In this document: in pieces, positions 20,530-30,088 of the stretch
How positions within the stretch are numbered: the first letter of the stretch is position 1
Layout of the letters: the number at the start of each line of letters is the position of its first letter
IMG/VR virus record: IMGVR_UViG_3300017730_000004
Reading direction: 5' to 3' (one strand)
Length of the DNA: 64,000 nucleotides
DNA from: an uncultured virus (IMG/VR IMGVR_UViG_3300017730_000004)
Lineage: Duplodnaviria > Heunggongvirae > Uroviricota > Caudoviricetes
Translations under genes and position numbers: made by a program
The notes under the pieces: generated by a model
Seen by the model: only the letters and a program-made list of their open reading frames with translations
What the model was told of the DNA's origin: nothing
Databases searched by the model: none

Positions 20530-21245
20530 TATGAACTCATTATTCTATCAAACTCTTGCACTACTTTTCTTATGTACGTTGGTCTAATAATTTTTATTAA
20601 TCTTTTCTTATCGTTTATATCAAACTCATCTTGCCATAGTGATACTGAAGTATATCCATTTTCAAAATGATTTTTTCTTAATCCGTTACTATCTTTATAA
20701 TATGCAATACCATCTATTTGATTAACTGCATTTAGAATTGTGGAAGTCTTATTAGAGATATCACCAGTAATAGTATCTCCACCATCAAAACCTAGTTTAC
20801 CTTCTACTCCAATTCTATTATATGTAGGTTGCACTTTAATGATGTGTGCTTCGTTACCATCGTTGGCCACAATCTTTTCCCCCAATAGAAACTTTGAAGT
20901 TTGGTCTATCATATCAGAGGTATTATTGAAAGTCAACCATTGGCCTGGGTATTTTTGTTTCAAATATATTTCAAATGTTTGTGTGTCTTTATGCCAATCA
21001 TAATATGATTGCATTTGGTTAACTAATAACAGAGTCCAATGCAAGTCACCATTACCATAAAGCTTTGTTGCAACGACATCGGGTCTTTCACCATCTTCTA
21101 ATTCGTAGTACTCATAATCAACAATACTGTTAACTGCATTTTGTTCTATTGTAGACTTTCTAAAGAAGTCTTTAATTGTAATCCATTTACCATTTGATAA
21201 TTTATAATTGGTTGTAGGAAAGTTCTTGAAAAATTCATTTGCCAT
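20529..21245 (-). CDS. gp53: Baseplate wedge subunit gp53
   Basis: DGERPDVVATKLYGNGDLHWTLLLVN; NDKKRLIKIIRP. Confidence 0.9.
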   Translation of the reverse strand: MANEFFKNFPTTNYKLSNGKWITIKDFFRKSTIEQNAVNSIVDYEYYELEDGERPDVVATKLYGNGDLHWTLLLVNQMQSYYDWHKDTQTFEIYLKQKYPGQWLTFNNTSDMIDQTSKFLLGEKIVANDGNEAHIIKVQPTYNRIGVEGKLGFDGGDTITGDISNKTSTILNAVNQIDGIAYYKDSNGLRKNHFENGYTSVSLWQDEFDINDKKRLIKIIRPTYIRKVVQEFDRIMSS

Positions 21246-21247
21246 TA

Positions 21248-22387
21248 TTAACCACCATCTCCACTAGACGCTGCATTCGTAGCTGCAACTGTTTCTGACC
21301 TTCTCATTGCAAGGGATTTATTACCACTACCGATAGTCTTATCTGCTTTAGAAGATTTAGATATCTGTTGATAATTTTCTTGAGTGAGTATTTTAATTTC
21401 TGTAAATGATAAGGACATTGTTGAAGACACAGGGTATCCATCTTCAAATAATTTAGTTGAATGTTTAGCAGATACACTTGTACAAACCATAGGTAAGAAG
21501 TCATCAAACTGTTCTGCGATTGGGCCTTCCCAATATGCCTTAAAAATATTTGGATAGTTGAAGTAGTTCTCTACTGCAGTGTCCCCTTCTGCATTACTAT
21601 ATGTATCGGGTAACATTGCTGTTTTAAAAGCCCATATGATATCTTGAACTTCTTGTGATTCATATTTATTTCTAGGATAAAACTCGTAATCAAAACTAAA
21701 GTCTCTGAATCCTACTCCTTGAAACATTTGTTCTTCCATAGGATTCACTGCTCTTCCAGCAAGGAAATTACTTGAATCACCAACTATCATTGTTGCAAGA
21801 GAATCTAAACCTGTTTGTATTGCATTTTCTAATGCAGTTCCAACAGCCTGTAATGTTGACCCATCCATCTTACCATTGAAAGAATCTTTTATTTCTAATG
21901 CACTTCTAATACCTTTACCAACTCCAGTTGCTGAGTATTCTGCTTTAACATCATCTCCAACTTCACTTGGAACATATAATGCTATCTCTATGGTTTCAGA
22001 TGATAGTAAGTTTTTATTGTTTTCTCCTTCTCTTGCAACCCTTGGTAATGTTTCAAAAATAATAAAATTTTCTACCCCATCCCCAATTGGATATTGTAAC
22101 TCTCTCACCTTTGTTTCGGGGGAGGCCTTTGCATATTTTTTTGATTTCACTGATTGACGAGACTTTTCTAGACTTGCACGTCTATTGTTTAGTGTATTTT
22201 CAGCTTCTAATTTTTGTTGTGCTAATTTATCTGCAACACCACCAAGAGCAGACCCTTCAATGCCTTGGGTCACCATGTCTTTTAGGTCATAACCTGTTCC
22301 ACTGATTTTTGCTTGTATTCCTTTAAGAGATTTAACTGCTTGTTTCCCTTGGTTTACTTTGTTTAGTATTTTGTTGATATTCGGCAT
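21248..22387 (-). CDS. gp48: Baseplate tail-tube cap gp48
   Basis: NPMEEQMFQGVGFRDFSFDYEFYPRNKYES; FNYPNIF; LSFTEIKILT. Confidence 0.85.
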   Translation of the reverse strand: MPNINKILNKVNQGKQAVKSLKGIQAKISGTGYDLKDMVTQGIEGSALGGVADKLAQQKLEAENTLNNRRASLEKSRQSVKSKKYAKASPETKVRELQYPIGDGVENFIIFETLPRVAREGENNKNLLSSETIEIALYVPSEVGDDVKAEYSATGVGKGIRSALEIKDSFNGKMDGSTLQAVGTALENAIQTGLDSLATMIVGDSSNFLAGRAVNPMEEQMFQGVGFRDFSFDYEFYPRNKYESQEVQDIIWAFKTAMLPDTYSNAEGDTAVENYFNYPNIFKAYWEGPIAEQFDDFLPMVCTSVSAKHSTKLFEDGYPVSSTMSLSFTEIKILTQENYQQISKSSKADKTIGSGNKSLAMRRSETVAATNAASSGDGG

Positions 22388-22397
22388 TCAGAATCCC

Positions 22398-22437
22398 TAT
22401 AAATAGTTCTTGTTAATTATGGTTACTGTTATTTATG
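22398..22437. promoter_or_regulatory. Overlapping late promoters on opposite strands: TATAAATA (+, gp4) and CATAAATA (-, gp48)
   Basis: TATAAATA at 22398-22405; TATTTATG at 22430-22437; at the strand switch of the structural genes. Confidence 0.65.
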
Positions 22438-22884
22438 GCATATTCGGGTAAGTTCAAACCAAAGAACTACAAAAAATACAAAGGAGACCCCACTAAAATC
22501 TATTATAGGTCTTTATGGGAGCGTAGATTTATGGTTTACTGTGATGAAAACACCAATATCTTAGAATGGGGTAGTGAAGAAATCATTATACCCTACATTT
22601 CACCCCTAGACAAGAGACCACATAGATACTTTCCCGACTTTTACATAAAATATAAGAATGCATCGGGTCAAATACTCCGTGAAATCATTGAAGTCAAGCC
22701 TAAGAAACAAACTAAACCCCCAAAACAACCAAAACGTAAGACACAACGTTACTACAAAGAGGTTGCAACCTATGTTATCAACGAAGCAAAGTTTAAAGCT
22801 GCAGAAAGTTTCTGCAAAGATAGAAAATTGGGATTCCGTATACTAACTGAAGACCATTTACTCCCAAAAAAGGTAAAGAAATGA
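22435..22884 (+). CDS. gp4: Head completion nuclease gp4
   Basis: YSGKFKPKNYKKYKGDPTKIYYRSLWERRFM, HRYFPDF, IEVKP. Confidence 0.93.
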   Translation: MAYSGKFKPKNYKKYKGDPTKIYYRSLWERRFMVYCDENTNILEWGSEEIIIPYISPLDKRPHRYFPDFYIKYKNASGQILREIIEVKPKKQTKPPKQPKRKTQRYYKEVATYVINEAKFKAAESFCKDRKLGFRILTEDHLLPKKVKK

Positions 22885-23462
22885 AAAAATTATATGTGTT
22901 TGATTTAGATGGAGTCTTAATTGATTCCAAAAAGAACATGGAAACAGCATTCAACTCCTTAGAGACTGGTATGCCATTTGAAGATTACTTCAAACATATT
23001 GGTAAACCATTCAAAGACATCTTAACTGAGATGGGTATACTTACTGACCAAGATGAGTTGATGAAAATGTACAACAAAGCATCTGAAGAAAATGGAGACA
23101 TGATAAAATTCTACAAGGGTGTAGAAAAACACCTTCAACATTTACAAGCTGAAGGTAAAAAATTAGCCGTGGTAACTTCGAAGTCACATCACCGAGCTCA
23201 TGCTATTCTGCTTGAACTTGATGTTGAATTTGAAATTATATGCTGTCCGAATGAACGGTTTAGAGGGAAACCATCTCCCGACCAATTACTATATACACTT
23301 GCAGAATGTAATGTAGACCCAAAAGATGCAGTCTATGTGGGTGACATGCAAGTAGATATGGATTGTGCAGACAGAGCTGGTGTTGATTTTATTTACGCAG
23401 AATATGGATATGGAGATATAGAATGTTGTTGGAACAGAGCAAGTTCAATCGAGTCGGTTTAA
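22881..23462 (+). CDS. HAD-superfamily phosphatase (Gph-like)
   Basis: Motif I FDLDGVLIDS, VVTSK, KPSPD, YVGDMQVD. Confidence 0.85.
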   Translation: MKKLYVFDLDGVLIDSKKNMETAFNSLETGMPFEDYFKHIGKPFKDILTEMGILTDQDELMKMYNKASEENGDMIKFYKGVEKHLQHLQAEGKKLAVVTSKSHHRAHAILLELDVEFEIICCPNERFRGKPSPDQLLYTLAECNVDPKDAVYVGDMQVDMDCADRAGVDFIYAEYGYGDIECCWNRASSIESV

Positions 23463-24163
23463 TACCTGCCCGTTGGGGTTCATCTAGATTTGAGGGTAAA
23501 CCCCTTGCATTAATCTGTGGTGAATCTATGATTAAGAGAACCTATGACCGTGCATCGGCTTCGAAGAAACTAGACAAGGTCTACGTGGTTACGGATGATA
23601 ATAGAATTGAATACCATTGTGAGATATTCAACATACCTGTAATAAGAGTTGACGATGATTGTGAGACTGGAACAGATAGGTGTGCAATTGCATCCGAACA
23701 AATAGATGCAGATATCTATGTTAACATCCAAGGTGACGAACCTTTGATTGACCCCGAAGCAATTGATAGACTATGTGATTATTTTAATCCTAATCTTGGT
23801 GTTGCAAATGCATACGTTACAGTCGAAGAACCTTACAAGGTCATGGACAACGATGTAGTAAAGGTTGTGTTTGATTCACATCATTGTGCAATGTATTACT
23901 CACGTCTTGGTATACCTTTCCCACGAGGTGAGGATGCAAGGGTACATCAACAACTTGGTTTATATGCATTCACTAAAGAACGTCTACAAGAGTTCTCTAA
24001 GTTGCCTATGCAAACTTTAGAGTTTGCAGAACGAATAGAAATGTTGAGATTCTTAGAACATGGATATAAAGTTCTAATGGTTCATGTAGAAGATGATGGT
24101 CTATCAGTAGACACACCTAAAGATATCAAACTAGTAGAGGATAGAATAAATGCATATAACTGA
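23423..24163 (+). CDS. kdsB: 3-deoxy-manno-octulosonate cytidylyltransferase (CMP-Kdo synthetase family)
   Basis: IPARWGSSRFEGKPLA, TGTDRC, VNIQGDEPLI, AMYYSR, VDTPKD. Confidence 0.88.
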   Translation: MLLEQSKFNRVGLIPARWGSSRFEGKPLALICGESMIKRTYDRASASKKLDKVYVVTDDNRIEYHCEIFNIPVIRVDDDCETGTDRCAIASEQIDADIYVNIQGDEPLIDPEAIDRLCDYFNPNLGVANAYVTVEEPYKVMDNDVVKVVFDSHHCAMYYSRLGIPFPRGEDARVHQQLGLYAFTKERLQEFSKLPMQTLEFAERIEMLRFLEHGYKVLMVHVEDDGLSVDTPKDIKLVEDRINAYN

Positions 24164-24866
24164 AGACCGCCTACGAGAAGCCTTTGAAAATAAATCTAAG
24201 GTATCAATACCAAAGATAGCGACTCTAGCCGAATGTAAACATTGGCATCCATATCACCCTAAGACATATGGAAAGAACTTATTAAAGTATATTCATCACA
24301 TCAATGTTGCAGAGAATAAGACCGACGATGATTCACTGAGAAACGAAGCACAGAAACTAGTTTGGTTAATAGACCAATACAAAACAGTAGGGTTTTATTC
24401 TACACCACAAGCATGGATTAAACCAAACGATAGATGGAGAGTTCACCCAGGCTCTGTTCGTGTAAATGCTCTGATACAATGTAAAGCTTATGAAACAAAA
24501 TTTGTTGTTTGGGATGACTCTAATTACTTACCTAACAATAAACAAATCACTTACGATGATTGGATAAATGAATTTCCAATCCCCGAAGGTAGAAATGCAG
24601 TGTTCTTTGATGTTGAAGGTATGATTGAGTTTCATATATCTGAAGACCGTCCCGAAATGTATGAGTACTACTATAGACTTAGAGAATTATATGAGGGTAA
24701 GAAACCTAGACTCATAGGAACCTGTGATGAAAGTATAAAACATCTATTCGGAAATGGTAGAGTTACCGTTACTGGTCATATCACTGAAGAAGACCTCGGG
24801 TCATTCCTAGAAATAAATCCATCTAATCGAGAAGTTATAGAAACTAATTTTAGTATTGTAGCCTAA
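24150..24866 (+). CDS. Hypothetical protein (weak ParB/Srx-like segment)
   Basis: 238-aa ORF overlapping kdsB; RVHPGSVRVNAL loosely resembles the ParB GxxR motif. Confidence 0.5.
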   Translation: MHITEDRLREAFENKSKVSIPKIATLAECKHWHPYHPKTYGKNLLKYIHHINVAENKTDDDSLRNEAQKLVWLIDQYKTVGFYSTPQAWIKPNDRWRVHPGSVRVNALIQCKAYETKFVVWDDSNYLPNNKQITYDDWINEFPIPEGRNAVFFDVEGMIEFHISEDRPEMYEYYYRLRELYEGKKPRLIGTCDESIKHLFGNGRVTVTGHITEEDLGSFLEINPSNREVIETNFSIVA

Positions 24867-24870
24867 AATA

Positions 24871-24878
24871 CATAAATA
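24871..24878 (+). promoter_or_regulatory. Late promoter variant CATAAATA, 5 nt before the gp2 ATG
   Basis: CATAAATA-GTTCT-ATG. Confidence 0.65.
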
Positions 24879-24883
24879 GTTCT

Positions 24884-25471
24884 ATGGTATCAAGAGTCTT
24901 ATTGTCAGCAGTAGCAAAAATGTTACCCGAAGATGTAGAGTCGGGAACTGAAGATAGTCTTGAATGGTTTAGAAATAACGTAAGAGATATTAAACTAAGA
25001 CCCGATAGAGTAATGGGTGGACTGAGTTCGGTTACATCTAGTGGTTTGAAACAAGGTAAAGTATACATGTTTCACTACGATGCTAAATGGCAAGATGAAT
25101 TACCTTACTGGGATAAGTACCCAATAGTGATACCAATAGAACAATATAAAGATGGGTTCTTAGGTATTAATACACATTACATTGCACCTAGACATAGAAC
25201 TGCATTACTCAGACCCTTATTAGAAGAGCTAAGAGGCAATACAATAGAGGGTGATGGAGATACTAGAATGGAAGTTGATTACAACATCATTCAGTACAAT
25301 AATGATTTAAGGTTTGCAAAACCTTGTATCAAAAGATATTTAACAACACACATAGGTGCAAGAATAGTGGAAGTACCTTATCAACAATGGGAAGCAATAT
25401 TGATGTTACCACTTGCAAAATTTAACGTCAACGCAAATACTGTGTATGCAGAGAGTCAAAGGAAATTCTAA
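24884..25471 (+). CDS. gp2: DNA end protector gp2
   Basis: GKVYMFHYDAKWQDELPYWDKYP, GFLGINTHY, KPCIKRYL. Confidence 0.9.
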   Translation: MVSRVLLSAVAKMLPEDVESGTEDSLEWFRNNVRDIKLRPDRVMGGLSSVTSSGLKQGKVYMFHYDAKWQDELPYWDKYPIVIPIEQYKDGFLGINTHYIAPRHRTALLRPLLEELRGNTIEGDGDTRMEVDYNIIQYNNDLRFAKPCIKRYLTTHIGARIVEVPYQQWEAILMLPLAKFNVNANTVYAESQRKF

Positions 25472-26280
25472 TGAGTATAACAATAGATACGTTTAAAGCA
25501 AATTTTGATGTAGGTGCAAGAGGAGACCTTTATGATGTTGCTATTCTAGCTCCTGCTGGATTAGGATTTCAGTTTTCTGCAGAAGACATGCTTAGATGTA
25601 GAAGTGTAGATATGGAAGGTTCATCTTTAGGAACTAATACAAGAGACCAATACAATTCGGGATATGAAATCCCCGACGGAACTGTAGACCAAGGTGGGTT
25701 TGTTGACTTAACCTTTATATGTGACCAATCATTTCATGACCGTGCATTAATTGAAGCATGGCATCGATGGATTTACGAAGCATCATACACAGGTGGTGCT
25801 GGTGGAACTCAAGGTTCTGCACAAATACCAGTCATGAAATATCTTGATGATTACATCGGACAACTTGAAGTGTATGCACTGAGAAAGGACGAAACTAAGT
25901 CTTTAAAATATACTTACCATGATGTATATCCATCATCATTCGATACTCAAAGTTTTGGTGCAGACTCAAGTGGTATACTAGAAATTAGTATGTCATTCCA
26001 ATACAGACATTACGATACAGAATACATGGTAGAAGATAGGAAGCCAAATAGAAATTACACTGAGATATATGATGATATGGTATCAAGACAACCAAAACTT
26101 CCCGAAGCTTCTGCACTAAATACTGGAAGAAAGATTTTAGATTCTACTTTAGACGTATTAAAAGTCGGAAGTAGATTTAACGATAAAGTTGGTGGTTACC
26201 TTAATAAGTTATCATCACTTGACACCGCTGCCACTAAGTACAAAAACCTAGGAATAGGAAAGTTACTAGGTGGTGGTTAA
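25471..26280 (+). CDS. gp54: Tail tube initiator gp54 / gp19-like
   Basis: Tube-fold motifs (DLTFICD, YLDDYIGQL, DVYPSS, FQYRHY); synteny gp2-gp54-gp26. Confidence 0.65.
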   Translation: MSITIDTFKANFDVGARGDLYDVAILAPAGLGFQFSAEDMLRCRSVDMEGSSLGTNTRDQYNSGYEIPDGTVDQGGFVDLTFICDQSFHDRALIEAWHRWIYEASYTGGAGGTQGSAQIPVMKYLDDYIGQLEVYALRKDETKSLKYTYHDVYPSSFDTQSFGADSSGILEISMSFQYRHYDTEYMVEDRKPNRNYTEIYDDMVSRQPKLPEASALNTGRKILDSTLDVLKVGSRFNDKVGGYLNKLSSLDTAATKYKNLGIGKLLGGG

Positions 26281-26299
26281 TTAATTATGGAGTATAATT

Positions 26300-27004
26300 A
26301 TGGCCTTACCAATTCAGGCAACCCCCACATACACATGTGAACTGCCCTCAACTGGTACTGAAGTAAAATTCAGACCGTTCCTAGTAAAGGAACAAAAGAT
26401 TCTTGTCATTGCACAAGAAAGTGAAGACCCGAAAACTACACTTAGTGCAGTTAAGGATTTGATTAATAATGTGACGTTTGAGAAAGTCAATGCAAATGAA
26501 TTGACTATGTTTGACCTAGAGTACTTGTTCTGTAAAATCAGAGCAGTATCAGTAGGTGAAACAATTCCATTAAAGTTGGCTTGCATGGCAACTGACTGTA
26601 ATGGAACTGGTGAAACAGTAGTTAACTTAGATGACCTAACAGTAACAGAAGATACTGGTGGTGACCCTAAGATAATGATATCAGATGACGTTGGTATTAT
26701 ATTAAGATATCCAAAGGTTAAAGATATGGAACAAATTACTACTGCTTCTGAAGACCAACAATCGATAGAAGTTCTTAAGGCATCAATCACACAAATTTTT
26801 GATGCAGAGAATGTCTACGATGAGGCTGATATGTCAGCTGACGATAAATCAGAGTTTGTAGAAAGTTTAACCTTTCCACAGATTGAGAAGTTGAGTGCAT
26901 TCTTTAACGGTATGCCCAAACTTCAAGGTAAGATTGAATACAAGTGTAACACTTGTGGTAAGTTGAATGAGAGATTATTGGAAGGACTACAAAGTTTTTT
27001 TTAA
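26300..27004 (+). CDS. gp26: Baseplate hub assembly protein gp26
   Basis: MALP...ELPSTGTEVKFRPFLVKEQKIL, DLEYLFCKIRAVSVGE, C-terminal LEGLQSFF. Confidence 0.92.
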   Translation: MALPIQATPTYTCELPSTGTEVKFRPFLVKEQKILVIAQESEDPKTTLSAVKDLINNVTFEKVNANELTMFDLEYLFCKIRAVSVGETIPLKLACMATDCNGTGETVVNLDDLTVTEDTGGDPKIMISDDVGIILRYPKVKDMEQITTASEDQQSIEVLKASITQIFDAENVYDEADMSADDKSEFVESLTFPQIEKLSAFFNGMPKLQGKIEYKCNTCGKLNERLLEGLQSFF

Positions 27005-27198
27005 TAACCCTTTCTCATGAGTCGGTGTTTAATTTTTATAGCACCAACTTTCAACTAATGCAACACCACAAATACTCGTTAGACGAATTAGATTCAATGA
27101 TACCTTGGGAAAGGGAAATCTATATTAAATTGCTCATGCAACATCTAGAAGAAGAAAAAGAACGTCAGAAGGCAGAACAAGCCAAAATGAGAAGATAA
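26995..27198 (+). CDS. gp51: Baseplate hub assembly chaperone gp51 (in the -1 frame of gp26; first ATG at 27058; absent from the ORF track)
   Basis: Translated by hand: FFLITLSHESVFNFYSTNFQLMQHHKYSLDELDSMIPWEREIYIKLLMQHLEEEKERQKAEQAKMRR*. Confidence 0.8.
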   Translation, partial: FFLITLSHESVFNFYSTNFQLMQHHKYSLDELDSMIPWEREIYIKLLMQHLEEEKERQKAEQAKMRR

Positions 27199-27226
27199 CG
27201 TTTAATTAAAACTAGAGGATACAACA

Positions 27227-27607
27227 ATGAGCGATATGGATAAATTTCAAGGCGACATGAGTCGTAACGAAGTAGAAATTGACTTGAAAAAGTTTATGAG
27301 TATGGTTTCTGAAATCGGTGATTTGAAACAGGAAATCTTTGAACTAACTCAAGAAGATAGAAAGAACCCTTGGCAGAAATGGATATTTGCAGCCAAGACA
27401 ATTGATGCATGGAGAATTATACCTCGTGCATTCCTAGGTATTTATATGTACCTATTATATTATGCGACCTTTTGGTTTATGGACTTGGCAGACCCAACCC
27501 TTGAACAGTCGGGATTAATTTCCGTACTAGTGGGTGCTGGAGCTGCATGGTTTGGTCTATACACTTCAAGTGCAGCGAAAGAACACGGTGACCAAAACCC
27601 CAATTAG
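27227..27607 (+). CDS. Small two-TM membrane protein (holin-like?)
   Basis: N-terminal coiled coil then two hydrophobic helices (AWRIIPRAFLGIYMYLLYY; GLISVLVGAGAAWFGLY). Confidence 0.5.
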   Translation: MSDMDKFQGDMSRNEVEIDLKKFMSMVSEIGDLKQEIFELTQEDRKNPWQKWIFAAKTIDAWRIIPRAFLGIYMYLLYYATFWFMDLADPTLEQSGLISVLVGAGAAWFGLYTSSAAKEHGDQNPN

Positions 27608-27618
27608 GAAAATCATAA

Positions 27619-29871
27619 ATGGCTGAGACCAACGCAGATATAAAGAATTTTACAGAAGGTTTAATTGGAAGCTTGAACAGGGTAACAACTGGTCTTGCTT
27701 TCAAGCAGTCTGCTGAAATAATTAAAGCAAACGAAAGAATGAAAGAGTCTCAAGAAAGACTCGCTCGTAGGCAAGAAACACATCAAGGAAAGGTCGAAGC
27801 ACAACAAGAAAAATTCGATAAGTCTCGTGAGAAGATTATGCAAAAACACGCAAATAATCAAACTCAACGAGACATAGAATTATACAAACTAGACAATAGA
27901 AGAAATGATGCAACTAAAGAATTGGTTGACGATTTTGATAAGTTTAAAAAATCATTAAGTGAAGGTAACGACTTAGAGAAAGACCACATCGAAAACCTTA
28001 AATCTCAAGGTAGTATGAATACTGGTATAGACGGAATGTCTTCTGGCATTGATGATATGGTTAAAGGTATTGAAGGTTTGACATTTGGTCTAGTAGACTT
28101 AAGTGGTAGTTCTAATAAACTAACTAATTTCTTTAAAGGGATTGTTAGTTTAGGTGTTGGTTTAATAAGTTTCTTAGGAAGTCTAGGTGAGACTGTTGTA
28201 CTATTAACAGACCACTTAAAAGTCTTTGATAGAAAAATAAAAATTACTAGAACAGGGGGAGCGCCAGGTACAGTACCTAGTGGTATCACTGGCATGGGTG
28301 AAGATTTTGTTGGCCCTGTTAACCCCAATGCAGCTACATCATCAGAAGATATTATTGAATCATCGGTTGTTGATTTTGCAACCCCATTAGGTAAGAAAGC
28401 AGGCAGTTTCTTTAAAGGCATCAAAGATGGAATCGGTGGTGTCCTTGATACAGTAAGTCCACAAAACATCAAAAAGCAATTTGATGTTGCAACCAAGACA
28501 TTTGCTAAAGGAGCAAGCATTGTTGCAAATGTAACACCTACTGAAAGTGAAGAACGAAGACCTCTCCAAGAAACATTGCCGGGCATGGAGAAATCACCCC
28601 AAGATAAATCAGCTGAGTTCCTATCTACATACAAAAGTGATTCTGTTCCAATAGAAGCAGCTGGTGCAATATCTGATATGTTAAATGGAATTAAAAATTC
28701 TCTTAGAAGTTCATTTTCGTTTGGTGATACAGACAAACAAGCAGAAGCTGGTGAGATGATGGAAGAAAATTTCTCACAGATGAAAGGTCATGCTGAAAAC
28801 TTTAGAGGCTTAGTGTTTGGTGAAGGTTCTATGTTTGCTAAAATTACTGGTGGATTTGGAGATGCATTAAATTTCTATGGTGAGAGTGTTAATAAGGTAG
28901 GCAATACGGTTATTGGATTTGGGAAATCAGTTGGCCAGTTCTTCAGTAGTGGAGAAAATATGAAAGCTGGGGTGGCGTCTTTCGCTGCATCTTCATGGTC
29001 ATTTCTTAAATCTGCATTAAAGTTTGTTCCTGCTGTATTAGGATTCGTTGTTGCAACCACTATGTTTGTGGGTTCAATGATTGTTGCATCCTTACCATTC
29101 ATTGCAATGGGATTATTAATTGCAGTTGGAGTTGCTTTACTCGTTGGAGCTGTAGTTGCAGTATTTAATAAGTTCCCTATCATAGGTGAGACTTTATCTA
29201 CAGTATTTGGTTTTGTATTTGATACCATTAGTGGTATAGTCAATGTTATTATGGATGTCTTCAGCAATATATGGGGAGCCATAACAGACATCTTCGGTGG
29301 ATTCATCGATATGTTTAGCGCTGCATTCAGTGGTGATTTTGGTGGTATTTTTGATGGTCTAATGAAGATAATAGGTGGAGTCTTTGATTTATTCTTAGCA
29401 CCATTTAGAGCAATCTTCGATGGTATAGCAGGATTTGTTAATTCACTATTACCCGATTGGGCAAAAGACATGTTAGGGGGTGATACTGCTTCTGCAGAAG
29501 AGAGTGGTCTCTACGATAAAAACAGAATAGGTAAATCTACTGTAGATGCATCTATGATATCTGGCGCTCCAACTAAAGACTTAATGGCCATTGTTTCACA
29601 CAATGATTTATCTGAAGAAGACATGGCACTAGTTAAGGCAGAACTTGATTCAAGGAATATAGGTCTTGAAGGTACTCCTATGACTGGTGAAGAATTAAAA
29701 GAACAAAGAGAAGCATCTAAAGCTGCAATGGATGGTGGAACACAAAACAACACTGCAGTTGCACAACAAAACACTAATAACAATGTAACTAATAATGCAT
29801 TCTCACAATCACCTAATCCTAGACCAACTGATTCTACAATTGGAAGAACTGCAGCTGTAAATCTAAATTAA
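27619..29871 (+). CDS. Tail tape measure protein (gp29-like)
   Basis: 750 aa; coiled coil, amphipathic G/F repeats, hydrophobic segments, C-terminal N-rich NNNVTNN; follows gp26/gp51. Confidence 0.7.
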   Translation: MAETNADIKNFTEGLIGSLNRVTTGLAFKQSAEIIKANERMKESQERLARRQETHQGKVEAQQEKFDKSREKIMQKHANNQTQRDIELYKLDNRRNDATKELVDDFDKFKKSLSEGNDLEKDHIENLKSQGSMNTGIDGMSSGIDDMVKGIEGLTFGLVDLSGSSNKLTNFFKGIVSLGVGLISFLGSLGETVVLLTDHLKVFDRKIKITRTGGAPGTVPSGITGMGEDFVGPVNPNAATSSEDIIESSVVDFATPLGKKAGSFFKGIKDGIGGVLDTVSPQNIKKQFDVATKTFAKGASIVANVTPTESEERRPLQETLPGMEKSPQDKSAEFLSTYKSDSVPIEAAGAISDMLNGIKNSLRSSFSFGDTDKQAEAGEMMEENFSQMKGHAENFRGLVFGEGSMFAKITGGFGDALNFYGESVNKVGNTVIGFGKSVGQFFSSGENMKAGVASFAASSWSFLKSALKFVPAVLGFVVATTMFVGSMIVASLPFIAMGLLIAVGVALLVGAVVAVFNKFPIIGETLSTVFGFVFDTISGIVNVIMDVFSNIWGAITDIFGGFIDMFSAAFSGDFGGIFDGLMKIIGGVFDLFLAPFRAIFDGIAGFVNSLLPDWAKDMLGGDTASAEESGLYDKNRIGKSTVDASMISGAPTKDLMAIVSHNDLSEEDMALVKAELDSRNIGLEGTPMTGEELKEQREASKAAMDGGTQNNTAVAQQNTNNNVTNNAFSQSPNPRPTDSTIGRTAAVNLN

Positions 29872-30084
29872 TTCAGGCCCTTTAAGCATATCTGCTTTAG
29901 TCATTGCCTTTCTGTTATATTTTGTTTTATCTTTTTGAACTTGAGTAAGTCCATGTGAAGGTGTAACCTTTCTAACCTTTACTTCAGTTTTTTTACCAAA
30001 GATAGTATCCCAGTTATCTGAGTATAATTTCTCGTTAGAATTCCTACGTTGTGAACCCTTGCCACCGTGCCATTGTTTTGCCAT
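29863..30084 (-). CDS. Small basic protein downstream of bS21
   Basis: 73 aa, K/R-rich: GGKGSQRR...NWDTIFGKK...VQKDKTKYNRK. Confidence 0.6.
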   Translation of the reverse strand: MAKQWHGGKGSQRRNSNEKLYSDNWDTIFGKKTEVKVRKVTPSHGLTQVQKDKTKYNRKAMTKADMLKGPELI

Positions 30085-30088
30085 GTCA

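Noticed and set aside
472..22305. Many plus-strand ORFs (e.g. 472-897, 7789-8445, 14373-14837) opposite the structural genes
   Set aside because: Antisense shadows of long minus-strand genes; no SD, promoter or recognisable motifs.
26314..29783. Minus-strand ORFs opposite gp26 and the tape measure (e.g. 28005-28736)
   Set aside because: Shadow frames of well-supported plus-strand genes.
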